Virus record (IMG/VR): IMGVR_UViG_3300044730_000851
Coordinates: 12,328-76,327 of that record
DNA length: 64,000 bases
From: a virus
Direction: 5' to 3' (one strand)
The translations under genes were made by a program, and so were the position numbers. Within the stretch, counting starts at the first letter, position 1; the number at the start of each line of letters is the position of its first letter. Below the pieces are notes generated by a model. It made no database searches, was not told where the DNA came from, and saw nothing but the letters and a program-made list of their open reading frames with translations. Of this stretch, positions 56,272 to 64,000 are shown piece by piece.

Positions 56272-56301
56272 AGACTACCTCACCGCGGGTTCATAGTACA
56301 A
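56272..56301 (-). promoter_or_regulatory. SigA/HrdB-like promoter TTGTAC-N18-TAGTCT
   Basis: Consensus-like hexamers 45 bp upstream of the PC4-like gene. Confidence 0.55.
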
Positions 56302-56636
56302 CACCCCTCGCGGGGTACTGACGGGGCCACACTGAGTACCCACCCGTTTACCCAGCCGCCTACGAGAATTCATGACCGCTTATTCTCACTCGTCAGTCTT
56401 GCTGCCGGTCAAGTAGTAGGTTCTGCGGACAGTCTTCACCCACCATCGTTTCGGGGGAAACACATGTCGATGCTTTGTTCTTTCAGCCCGCTGGACCGTG
56501 GGTACGACACCACGGGTACTGACAGCGACGGCAATGTCCACTTTGCCATTGAGGCTACGTCGTGCGTGACGCCTGATCAAAGGACATTCATTCAGGTGGA
56601 CTGCTTATGCGGTAGAAGCGGCGCCGACGAGGCCCT
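56300..56636 (-). ncRNA. Candidate large structured ncRNA, family not recognised
   Basis: Largest gene-free gap; many nested helices with G-U pairs on the minus strand and potential pseudoknots (see findings). Confidence 0.55.
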
Positions 56637-56705
56637 ACACAACGAGACGCAGGCCGTCACGACGGTACGCGTCTGGCGAACTGCACACCGGGGCATATTG
56701 CCCGA

Positions 56706-56936
56706 TTAGCCTCGGCGGCGCGCCAGTTCTGTGGTCGCGGCCAGCAAGACCTGGGCGGCGGTGTGGGCATCTTTCAAGAAGACGTCTTGGGGGTCGCGTA
56801 GGTACGCCGTGAGGCTGCGCCCGGCGGCGTACAGGGCCTGGTCAGACCAGGCCACGATGTCCTCCTGGGTCATCTTGGAAACCCTGCGGTGCACCTTCTC
56901 GGGAATCTCCGCCTCAAGAGCCTTACGCCTGAACAT
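56706..56936 (-). CDS. Hypothetical protein
   Basis: RBS GGAG; followed by a hairpin at about 56645-56673. Confidence 0.6.
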   Translation of the reverse strand: MFRRKALEAEIPEKVHRRVSKMTQEDIVAWSDQALYAAGRSLTAYLRDPQDVFLKDAHTAAQVLLAATTELARRRG

Positions 56937-57174
56937 CTATCTCTCTCCATCCAATGGCGCCCCGCAGGGCGGTCTCTTCGTCCTGCTGCTCGGTCCAGCG
57001 ACCCAACACCACGGCCCGCGTGGACAGCGGGACCCGGAAGACCAAGGACGCCCCGGCTCTGTACGGGTACTCGATCTCTGTGGTCTGCCCGCGGTCTACT
57101 AGTGGGAACCTGCGAGTGGGATACCGCATTCCGTGGACGAAGGTCTTCTTTCCGATGTCGTGAACCTCGGGCAC
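56923..57174 (-). CDS. Hypothetical protein
   Basis: Coupled to the KTSC gene; TTEIEYPYR.G...VFR.P. Confidence 0.6.
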   Translation of the reverse strand: MPEVHDIGKKTFVHGMRYPTRRFPLVDRGQTTEIEYPYRAGASLVFRVPLSTRAVVLGRWTEQQDEETALRGAIGWREIDVQA

Positions 57175-57983
57175 TACTTCCTGGCCTTTCTGGGCTTCTT
57201 GCTCTTGGTGGGGTTGATGCGGGCCGCGCTACGGTCTGTCTGTCCGGTCAGTTGTCCGTCGTAGACCCACTGCCCGGTCCTGGCGATCCGGTAGAGGCCC
57301 TCGCGGGCCGCCATGCTGGCGCTCGCCATACTGGCGGTGCCTCGGGGCTTGGCGTCCAGCACCGCGAAAATGTAGCGGCCCTTCGAGTGGTTGACCTTGA
57401 AGGACGCCCATTCGCCCTCGGAGACGTCGTAGTAGTTGTAGAACGTTCCGTCTCGGAAAACCACAGTCAAGACTTTGCGGGAGCCGTCGTAGCCTGCGGC
57501 AACGGTGCGGGGCCTCTCCGGGTTGATGCTTGACGTTGGGATGAGCGTGATCGGCGCCGGTTCACGACCCGACCCAGAAACGACGGGCCCTCCGGTGGGT
57601 TGGCCAGTGTCCGGATCAATTACCGTCGTGGCGAGGTTCGCGTAGTTATAGCCGGACTGGTCGTAGTCGAAGTACTCGTCCCAGGTGCCGCCCGTGGTGT
57701 CGGAGTCTCCGAACGCGCCCTGCGCGGTCTTGAACTCTGCGGTCTGCGCCGCGACCGGCAGACCAGCGAAGGGGGACACCACACGGGTGCGGTCCATCAG
57801 TGACGCCGCGGCGACAGCATCGTCTACCGTCATGGCGTAGCCGCCACGGCCGCTGGCGATTCTCTTGGGCACTGCTGTGGGGTCCAACCGTGCCTCGTAG
57901 TTACGGCGGATGGACATCTCCTGAGCCGACGGCAGCCGCACTGAGTTCTTGCGACTGACCCCGTCGGGGTTCACGCGAGCCAT
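57174..57983 (-). CDS. KTSC-domain protein
   Basis: AAGYD...LTVVFRDGTFYNYYDV....W..F....SKGRYI. Confidence 0.85.
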   Translation of the reverse strand: MARVNPDGVSRKNSVRLPSAQEMSIRRNYEARLDPTAVPKRIASGRGGYAMTVDDAVAAASLMDRTRVVSPFAGLPVAAQTAEFKTAQGAFGDSDTTGGTWDEYFDYDQSGYNYANLATTVIDPDTGQPTGGPVVSGSGREPAPITLIPTSSINPERPRTVAAGYDGSRKVLTVVFRDGTFYNYYDVSEGEWASFKVNHSKGRYIFAVLDAKPRGTASMASASMAAREGLYRIARTGQWVYDGQLTGQTDRSAARINPTKSKKPRKARK

Positions 57984-58234
57984 CAGGTTTCCTCGCCGGG
58001 GCAGTGGTGTGATGCGGCCTCGGTGTCCTCGATAACGGATCCGCAGGAGGTGCACCGCAGGTACGTCGGAACGCGGTAGCCGTTCTGCGCGGTGGCTCGG
58101 GGGTCAGGGTCGTTGGGCTCCACGGGCTCCACAGGATTGGGGGCCATGACCTCGCTGGGCCAGGGACCTCTCGGCTGATGGGCCGTAGTGGGAATGGCGT
58201 GCCCCTGAACCGCTGGCCGCCGAATGACTCGCAC
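57983..58234 (-). CDS. Hypothetical protein with C-terminal Zn motif
   Basis: CTSCG...HHC; coupled to both neighbours. Confidence 0.6.
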   Translation of the reverse strand: MRVIRRPAVQGHAIPTTAHQPRGPWPSEVMAPNPVEPVEPNDPDPRATAQNGYRVPTYLRCTSCGSVIEDTEAASHHCPGEET

Positions 58235-58239
58235 GACGC

Positions 58240-58530
58240 CTACTCTTCGGTGCTGTCTGCCTCAGGCTCGTCTTGAACCTCCGGCTCCGGCTGCGATGCT
58301 TCCTCGGCCGCGGCCTCGACCTCCTTGGGAGCAGACCGACGGCGGCGAGGCTTCAGGCTGGACAGGGCCGCGTCACGCTTCTCGGCGAAAGCCTCGGTGG
58401 TGGGCAGTGACCCCGCCTTGGCGGCCTGCTTGAGGAACGAGGGCAGGTGCGCGCTGCAGTATGGCGTGGGCGCAAGTGGCTTCGGGTCGTAAATGTAGAC
58501 CGCGGGGGAATCGCAGTTGGCGCAGTTCAT
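58240..58530 (-). CDS. Hypothetical protein with N-terminal Zn finger
   Basis: CANC...YCSAH; RBS GGAGG. Confidence 0.65.
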   Translation of the reverse strand: MNCANCDSPAVYIYDPKPLAPTPYCSAHLPSFLKQAAKAGSLPTTEAFAEKRDAALSSLKPRRRRSAPKEVEAAAEEASQPEPEVQDEPEADSTEE

Positions 58531-58654
58531 CGAGAACCTCCTCTGTCACGCCAACGTACTTCAGGACGGATTTTCATAGTGGCTATACGCGTCGCGATCG
58601 TTGGTGGTCTACGGCGTGGAAAGACCTTCCAACGGCGACTGGCGGCCAACAGTG

Positions 58655-58819
58655 TCAGTCTTCACGCTTTGAACGGTTGATGGCATTCCTAGTCTTGGTA
58701 GAACGGTCCCTGTCACGCTTGGTTCGGCGGTCTCCGAACTTCTGCACCTTCTGGTTCAGTTGATAGACCCCAGGGGCCCCTTTACCGAACTCGAAGTCAG
58801 GACGGCTGGCTTTGCCCAT
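58655..58819 (-). CDS. Small basic protein (not in ORF track)
   Basis: MGKASRPDFEFGKG...KRED, 54 aa, RBS GGAG. Confidence 0.45.
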   Translation of the reverse strand: MGKASRPDFEFGKGAPGVYQLNQKVQKFGDRRTKRDRDRSTKTRNAINRSKRED

Positions 58820-59114
58820 CACGTCTCCGCACGCTGGATCGGGTCGTCATGCTGGGGCTGGACTCGATGTTCGACCGAGAACGACGCACGACCTCGGGGG
58901 CGTACGCCACGGCCTCCGGGTGGTCGAGGAGACCCACCAGTTTGGTGTAGTAACTGGTAGCGCTCAGCCCCAACTCGGTGCGGATGGCCTCGTCGCGGTG
59001 CCCGACCTTGGTCCAGGACTGTCGACCGAAGTCCAAGATGCTCTTCTCGTAGTCCGTCAGAGGTGGCCGGGAGGATCGGTCTGCGGAGTCTTCGAAGTCT
59101 CCGCGGTTTCTCAT
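58797..59114 (-). CDS. DUF3263-family protein (actinobacterial)
   Basis: ILDF...W...G.RDEAIR.ELGLSATSYY..L..LLD.PEA.AYAP.VV.R. Confidence 0.85.
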   Translation of the reverse strand: MRNRGDFEDSADRSSRPPLTDYEKSILDFGRQSWTKVGHRDEAIRTELGLSATSYYTKLVGLLDHPEAVAYAPEVVRRSRSNIESSPSMTTRSSVRRRDGQSQPS

Positions 59115-60046
59115 GGCTTGACCTTGCCGAACATCCGCCGCTGCGTGTTTTCGGAGAAGGCTCCGTGCGCGTTCTTCCAGCCCTGCCCCCGCTGGAACAT
59201 CCTGACAGCGTCCTCCGGGTATCCCTGATCACCCGCGGGCAGAACGTCCTTGTTGTAGAAGCCGAGGTCGTGCAGGCGGCATGTCACGCGCCAGGCAGCC
59301 TTGTTCTTGAGGCCCTCCAGGCGGGCCTTCTCGACCGCGCTCTGGGTTGGTACGGTGCCGTCCCAGATCTCGTCGGACTTGAGGAATTTCTTTGTCGTGG
59401 CCCTCCAGTAGGGCGCGTTGTAGTTCTGGACCGCGCTGCTTCCTGGGTACTCACGCCAGGCACCGTCAAGGGTGTCGTTCTTTCGACCCACGCAGGGGCT
59501 GGGACCCGTGGGGTTCCAGCCATGACACCCGTCGGTGTAGCACTTGTGAGTGCCGATGGCCTTGTCTACGTCCCAACCACAGAGATCAGCCAGTGCAGCG
59601 AGCGTCCTCCCCGTGTTCTCGATCTGGTAGTCCGTCAGAGAATCCGTACGGACACCCTTGTCGTCGATCTCGATCCCGAACAGCCGAGTCTGACCAAGGA
59701 ATCCACGCGATGGGATTCCGAGTGCGGGGACTGGGCCGCCGTCGCCACAGTGGTAGGCGCTACCGGCGCTAAGGAGGTACGTCTCTCCCGGAGCCTTGCC
59801 GACAAGAAGATTGCAGACCGGCTTGTCGTACGCAGTGACCGCCCAGTAGAGAACACCGTTGATGTTGCCAGGACGGGAATTGGGATTGGCTGTGTGATGA
59901 ACGACGGCGCCGGTCAAGCCGGGAGAGCCATCAGGACCTGACCACGGACGACCGATGGTGTCCCATGCTTTGTAGGTCTGAAGATCAACGCCGTAGTCAC
60001 GGAGCGCGGCCAGCATCTGTGACGGGCTTGGATTCAGTGTGCTCAT
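59111..60046 (-). CDS. Endolysin, N-acetylmuramoyl-L-alanine amidase with peptidoglycan-binding C-terminus
   Basis: VVHHTA, AYHCG, FGIEID, GTHK; AVRMFQ..QG...G peptidoglycan-binding repeat. Confidence 0.88.
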   Translation of the reverse strand: MSTLNPSPSQMLAALRDYGVDLQTYKAWDTIGRPWSGPDGSPGLTGAVVHHTANPNSRPGNINGVLYWAVTAYDKPVCNLLVGKAPGETYLLSAGSAYHCGDGGPVPALGIPSRGFLGQTRLFGIEIDDKGVRTDSLTDYQIENTGRTLAALADLCGWDVDKAIGTHKCYTDGCHGWNPTGPSPCVGRKNDTLDGAWREYPGSSAVQNYNAPYWRATTKKFLKSDEIWDGTVPTQSAVEKARLEGLKNKAAWRVTCRLHDLGFYNKDVLPAGDQGYPEDAVRMFQRGQGWKNAHGAFSENTQRRMFGKVKP

Positions 60047-60258
60047 GCGCTTGCTCCGCTGTCGGCGTCCCGCACGTCCTGTGGATCTGGGTCGGCGACG
60101 ACTGTGTCGGCTGTGAAGGCGCCCCTGAGGACGTTCCAGCCTCCGTGTGTAGTGAGTTGCTCGTTGGACATGACGTCAGCGAGGTCTTGTCCACCACCGG
60201 ATCCCAACATCCGCTTGGTTGTGGGTGTGGCTTTCCGAGTTTTCGGATCTACCGGCAT
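60043..60258 (-). CDS. Hypothetical protein
   Basis: Start MPVDPK with RBS GGAGG; promoter motif at 60290-60317. Confidence 0.55.
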   Translation of the reverse strand: MPVDPKTRKATPTTKRMLGSGGGQDLADVMSNEQLTTHGGWNVLRGAFTADTVVADPDPQDVRDADSGASA

Positions 60259-60364
60259 CAGGGCACCTCCGGGTGATGTCTCCCTACTCAGGGTGCCGTA
60301 CGTTTGAAGACCCGTCCCAGCAAAGTTCGTGCTGTACTCCCACAAGCGCAGTCCTTCTTGGCGC

Positions 60365-60658
60365 TCACCACTTCACCTTGTTGGCCCAGTAGGCCGCGCT
60401 CATCTTGCCCTTAGCGATGTTGTCGGCATGGCGAGCCTTGAACGACTCGCGGCGGTTTCGGTAGGACTCTGACTCACCGTCCTTCTTCGGAGATCCCTTA
60501 GTGCCCTGCTCTCCGAAACGGATCAACTTGACCTGGTCGCCTTCCTTGGCGACTACGGCGTGAGACTTCGTCGGATGGTCGGGGGTCTTGACTGGCTTGT
60601 TGTAGCCCGATGCGCCGATCTTTGTCAGTCGGGGGTCCTTCTTAGATTCCGCCATCAC
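60365..60658 (-). CDS. Conserved basic phage protein
   Basis: KSHAVVAK...KLIRFG.QG...RRESFKARH...SAAYWA.KVKW, a widespread phage motif. Confidence 0.75.
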   Translation of the reverse strand: MMAESKKDPRLTKIGASGYNKPVKTPDHPTKSHAVVAKEGDQVKLIRFGEQGTKGSPKKDGESESYRNRRESFKARHADNIAKGKMSAAYWANKVKW

Positions 60659-60942
60659 TTGGCCCTTCGCTTGTTCTCCTTGCCGATGTTCTCTTTACGA
60701 GATACCGCCCGGAGATTCTTGTTTGAGTCGTTGTTCTTGTTGTTGTCCTTATGGTCGACGTGTGTCGATTTCGGCAAGTTCTTGCCGGTTTTGGACTCGT
60801 AATCGGCTCTGGCCTTGTTGGTAGACGTAGTAGAGCCGTCTGATTTCCTAATCACGTATATCTTGCGGCCGTCATTCTGCTTTGAACCCTTGTACGGTCC
60901 GTAGACCTTGGAGCCGTCGGCACGCTTCTTGGGCTCAGGCAT
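60655..60942 (-). CDS. HNH endonuclease-like protein
   Basis: HVDHKDNNKNND...NLRAVSRKEN. Confidence 0.8.
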   Translation of the reverse strand: MPEPKKRADGSKVYGPYKGSKQNDGRKIYVIRKSDGSTTSTNKARADYESKTGKNLPKSTHVDHKDNNKNNDSNKNLRAVSRKENIGKENKRRAK

Positions 60943-61076
60943 ATCCCCACCAGTGCTGGCCGGGATTCTCGTACGTGAAGATCGACGGGCCGGTCTGGTT
61001 GAGAGACCTGGCGCGGTGTCGCGAGATGGGCACAGTGCCCGTAGCACCGAAGAATTCGAACTCGCTGCGTCGCATC

Positions 61077-61643
61077 TCAGGCCTTCGGCGCCTTCGGGGC
61101 ACGGGGCTTTTTGGCCCCCTGTGCAGGTGCCGCCTTCTTAGCCGCTGCCCGCTTGGCCGGGGCAGTTGACCCCGAGACCGACGTCGGAGAGGCTGAGACG
61201 GGCTTGCTGGGGCCGCTGCTTCCGGCCGCGTGGTCGTAGTTCTCTCGCGTCAACTTCGCGTCGAGCCTCTTGCTCGATCGTGCCTGCTTACCGCGCTCGC
61301 GCTCCATGCGGACTTCGTGTTCGCGATCGGCGGACCTGTTGCTCATCTCGAAGGTTCGCTGTGCCAGACGCTGCTGGCCTTCACCCTCAAACTTCCTGTC
61401 CTGCATCGACCGCTCATGATCGAACCGATTCTGGTCACGATTGGCGTTTTCGAATGCCTGGGCATGGAAGAGTTCCATGTTGTAGGCGTGCTGCTGAGCG
61501 GAACGCTCCACAGCGCTGGAATGCTCGGTGTTGATGCGGACCTGCTCCCGACGGCGGTCATCCATACCGTCGAACAACTTCCGCAGGGGCTTGACGAGAT
61601 CGAAGCCGCCGTTGCTGTAACCGCCGCCTAATGCACCAGACAT
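61077..61643 (-). CDS. Hypothetical helical protein with Lys/Ala/Pro-rich tail
   Basis: Start MSGALG with RBS GGAGG; promoter motif at 61660-61687. Confidence 0.65.
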   Translation of the reverse strand: MSGALGGGYSNGGFDLVKPLRKLFDGMDDRRREQVRINTEHSSAVERSAQQHAYNMELFHAQAFENANRDQNRFDHERSMQDRKFEGEGQQRLAQRTFEMSNRSADREHEVRMERERGKQARSSKRLDAKLTRENYDHAAGSSGPSKPVSASPTSVSGSTAPAKRAAAKKAAPAQGAKKPRAPKAPKA

Positions 61644-61803
61644 GGAACCTCCTGCAACCATGGTGGCTGCAGAAGGGCCCCACGTCAGGCCTTACGTACC
61701 GGGGGCAACTGGATCTCCAGCATGTTCTCGTACAGGGTCACATACGGGGCAAGCACGTACCCGCTGCTGGTCAGCCGCAGCGCGTAGAATGTGAAGGACC
61801 AGC

Positions 61804-62331
61804 CTACAGACACTTCTTGGGGAACTGCGCGTAGTAGCGTTCAAAGGGAATGACGATCCAGTTCTGGTGATGCCAACTCGACCATCCTCCGTACGCCGAG
61901 AAGTCGTACGACACCTGTCCCTTATGGACTCGAAGGCCCCAGGGCTGCCAGTTCATATCGCGGACCATCTTGCGCATGGCGGTGAAACTCTGAACCGGGT
62001 CGTAGATGTTGTCGGGCCAGTACTTGGTCCCGCTCCAGGCTGGCGAATTTAGTTGGACTATCCCGAGGTCCGGATACGTGTTCTCGTTCGGGTTTCCATT
62101 GGACTCTCTTTGCGCAATCGCCCACGCTACGCGAACTGAGGCGCCCTTGATTCCGGCCTCACGGATCCAGGCGACCACTTGGTCCTTGCAGCGGTTCTTC
62201 TCGGTCTTCTTGCGTTCGTTCTCCTTTACGGTCTCCTGGATCTGCAGTACTTGTGCCTTTGGGGCCTCTACTGCGGGTGCCGAATACAGGGAGGAGGCAG
62301 CAATGACCGCCGCAACAAGGGATGACAGCAA
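61804..62331 (-). CDS. Secreted lytic transglycosylase/lysozyme-like protein
   Basis: Signal-peptide-like start (TTG, RBS GAAAGG); AIAQRESNG...DLGIVQLN...YDP...WQPW. Confidence 0.8.
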   Translation of the reverse strand: MLSSLVAAVIAASSLYSAPAVEAPKAQVLQIQETVKENERKKTEKNRCKDQVVAWIREAGIKGASVRVAWAIAQRESNGNPNENTYPDLGIVQLNSPAWSGTKYWPDNIYDPVQSFTAMRKMVRDMNWQPWGLRVHKGQVSYDFSAYGGWSSWHHQNWIVIPFERYYAQFPKKCL

Positions 62332-62377
62332 GGAATCGCCTTTCGTAGGGGGCAGGACAGGGGCCTCGATCGGGGGG

Positions 62378-62512
62378 TCAGAACTCGTCGTCGCCCCAGT
62401 CGATGTCCTCGTAGTCGCGGAGGATGAACAGCGCGAGGGTTCCCACACACCAGCCGACGACTGCTCCCGTGACGGCGAGGATCCCCATACCCACGAAGGC
62501 CCATGGACTCAT
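62378..62512 (-). CDS. Small single-TM protein (not in ORF track)
   Basis: MSPWAFVGMGILAVTGAVVGWCVGTLALFILRDYEDIDWGDDEF. Confidence 0.45.
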   Translation of the reverse strand: MSPWAFVGMGILAVTGAVVGWCVGTLALFILRDYEDIDWGDDEF

Positions 62513-62570
62513 CCCGACAGTGTACTAGAAACTGCGGGTCAAACAGACGGACCGGCGTGTCCGTTTACGT

Positions 62571-62708
62571 TTACAGGTAGCGCGAGAAGATCGCGTCAAT
62601 CTCGTCGCGATGCGACGGCGACATGGCGCGTGCGCGCTGGAAGTCCCATTCCTCTCTAAGGGAGCGATAGCGGGACTTGGCACGGAATCTATTGAGGATG
62701 CTTCGCAT
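62571..62708 (-). CDS. Small protein (not in ORF track)
   Basis: MRSILNRF...EWDFQRARAMSPSHRDEIDAIFSRYL, resembling small actinobacterial proteins ending EIDAIF.R. Confidence 0.55.
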   Translation of the reverse strand: MRSILNRFRAKSRYRSLREEWDFQRARAMSPSHRDEIDAIFSRYL

Positions 62709-62788
62709 ACATCGAGGGTGTCACTCCATCACACGCAGCGTCACCTGAAGGTCTGTGAGGTCTCCCACTAGTTCCGCTTCCCCGGTTG

Positions 62789-62861
62789 CTGACGTGGAAG
62801 GACTCGAACCTTCAACCGTCCGGTTAACAGCCGGATACTCTGCCAGTTGAGTTACACGCCA
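62789..62861 (-). tRNA. tRNA-Asn(GTT), CCA not encoded
   Basis: Acceptor TGGCGTG/CACGTCA; D-arm ACTC/GAGT; anticodon arm TCCGG-CTGTTAA-CCGGA; T-arm GAAGG-TTCGAGT-CCTTC; discriminator G followed by CAA. Confidence 0.95.
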
Positions 62862-62919
62862 TCAGTCGTCGTCTGACCAGTCTCCATACAGGATGGTCCA
62901 GATGTCATCGTCCATGGAC

Positions 62920-63033
62920 TCACGGTAACGACTTCTTCTCCCGTGCGAGGGCTCTACTCCAGGTCCATCGCAGGACGATCTGCGTCCCGTAGAAGACAAC
63001 CGCAAAGACCACCAGGTAGGCCGCAATGATCAC
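62920..63033 (-). CDS. Small membrane protein
   Basis: VIIAAYLVVFAVVFYG...; single TM with basic tail. Confidence 0.35.
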   Translation of the reverse strand: MIIAAYLVVFAVVFYGTQIVLRWTWSRALAREKKSLP

Positions 63034-63174
63034 GTTTGCGCGGCCCACCCGGTGGTCCCTGGGTAGCGGGTTAGATAAACGAACTCTCGGTAGACGTGAG
63101 AGGCCCGAAGGGCCGCTCGCGAAGTTCCGCCGCACGCCGTAAGGCGACAATGGAGCCGTTTAAGACTGTGTTGA

Positions 63175-63585
63175 CTACGGGGTGTGCGCGAACCTGACCA
63201 GGGCCACGACCTTGCTGTTGTAGCCGCCGCTGGGGTTGATGACCGTTCCGGCCGCCGGGGTCTGGGTCTTGATCGTGCCGTTGTTGCCAGCGGTGGCACC
63301 GGCAGCGTTGTTGGCAGTCGTGACCGCACCCTTGGTGAGTCCAGCAGCCGTCAGTGCTGTCGTCGCTGCGGCCTCGGTCATGCCGACCACGTTGGGAACC
63401 GTGATGTCGTCCCAGGTGCCGGTGTTGTTGTTCACGAAGCCGGGGTAGCCGCTCCAACCGGAGGACACGATGTTGTGGTTATCGAGGTCCGGGTCAAGGG
63501 GCGTCACTCGGTCGTCGTTGGGCTGCATGGGCATGTTGCCCCACACGTAATCGACGGCGACGTTACCTGCGTCATCACGGGCCAT
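63175..63585 (-). CDS. PASTA-domain protein
   Basis: TVPNVVGMTEAAATTALTAAGL...GTIKTQTPAAG; RBS GAGGAG. Confidence 0.8.
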   Translation of the reverse strand: MARDDAGNVAVDYVWGNMPMQPNDDRVTPLDPDLDNHNIVSSGWSGYPGFVNNNTGTWDDITVPNVVGMTEAAATTALTAAGLTKGAVTTANNAAGATAGNNGTIKTQTPAAGTVINPSGGYNSKVVALVRFAHTP

Positions 63586-63596
63586 TGTCTGTCTCC

Positions 63597-63803
63597 TCAG
63601 TTCGGCTTGCTTTCATGATCGACAATGGGCGCCTCGATGTCAGTGTCAAGTGACCACGTCTCTAGTAGGACACTGTTCTTGGCGACTAGTGCATCCATGT
63701 GCCGCCTTGCGTGATGGCCGCAGAGGTAGATGTTCTTGCCCGAGGACAGCGTGACCTCGAACTGCGACATCGCCGGGCAGCCGTCGCAGCGTTCCTTGTT
63801 CAT
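63597..63803 (-). CDS. Small Zn-binding actinobacterial-type protein
   Basis: RCDGC...LCGHH..RH. Confidence 0.7.
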   Translation of the reverse strand: MNKERCDGCPAMSQFEVTLSSGKNIYLCGHHARRHMDALVAKNSVLLETWSLDTDIEAPIVDHESKPN

Positions 63804-63813
63804 TATGTGGAAG

Positions 63814-64000
63814 TCACCTCAGCCCCCGCCAGCGGATGGGCTGGTAGGCCTCCTGGTTGACCCAGCCCTCTTTACCTGTACCGAAGATCTTCTGATCGAG
63901 GGTGGGCTGGTACTCGGTGTGTCTCATGATCCGGGTAGGTACCTTCTGGCGGCGAAGTTCAAGGACCGTCTCCCGGGCGGAGGTCCCATCGAGATCTCCA
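63814..64000 (-). CDS. 3' end of a hypothetical gene entering from outside the window
   Basis: Open frame from the edge to TGA at 63814. Confidence 0.4.
   Translation of the reverse strand, partial: GDLDGTSARETVLELRRQKVPTRIMRHTEYQPTLDQKIFGTGKEGWVNQEAYQPIRWRGLR

Noticed and set aside
56388-56455. Hammerhead ribozyme suggested by CGAAAC...GTC...CTGACGAG on the minus strand
   Set aside because: Stems II and III flanking the core motifs do not pair.
56386-56709. ORFs 56386..56580 (-) and 56464..56709 (+)
   Set aside because: No RBS or recognisable motifs; the region is better explained as structured RNA.
62700-62788. tRNA-associated HDV-like (theta) ribozyme, or a c-di-AMP riboswitch ahead of the transglycosylase
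   Set aside because: Could not build the nested double pseudoknot or find ydaO consensus motifs; the adjacent sequence reads as small ORFs.
32-63618. Numerous long plus-strand ORFs (e.g. 21181..22056, 23491..24483, 59063..59941)
   Set aside because: Antisense shadows of well-supported minus-strand genes, as expected in high-GC DNA.

Overview
The window is a 64-kb section of a high-GC, contractile-tailed (myovirus-type) dsDNA bacteriophage. The host is almost certainly actinobacterial (WhiB, DUF3263, PASTA domains, HrdB/SigA-like promoters). Essentially all credible genes are on the minus strand. In transcription order (right to left) the modules are: (1) accessory genes with a tRNA-Asn, a secreted lytic transglycosylase, an HNH protein, an amidase endolysin and a KTSC protein; (2) a ~330-nt non-coding, apparently highly structured segment; (3) terminase, holin-like genes, portal, scaffold and N4-gp56-type major capsid; (4) neck and fibre genes; (5) a PASTA-(GFGFYG)n-Hint protein followed by six closely coupled putative modifying enzymes; (6) sheath, two tubes, chaperone, tape measure with two muralytic domains, and baseplate; (7) a second fibre/tip cassette with a 20-Cys insert; (8) a replication/recombination block (initiator with an internal iteron array, degenerate DnaC-like protein, DnaB, primase, SNF2 helicase, SSB, PolA, RecA, resolvases, WhiB, Cas4-like nuclease, SpoVS). 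The best candidate for an undescribed system is the Hint-processed aromatic/Gly repeat protein with its enzyme array. The putative large ncRNA before the terminase is second. Family assignments come from motif recognition only, with no database searches. Several starts were trimmed from the ORF track using RBS and gene-overlap logic.
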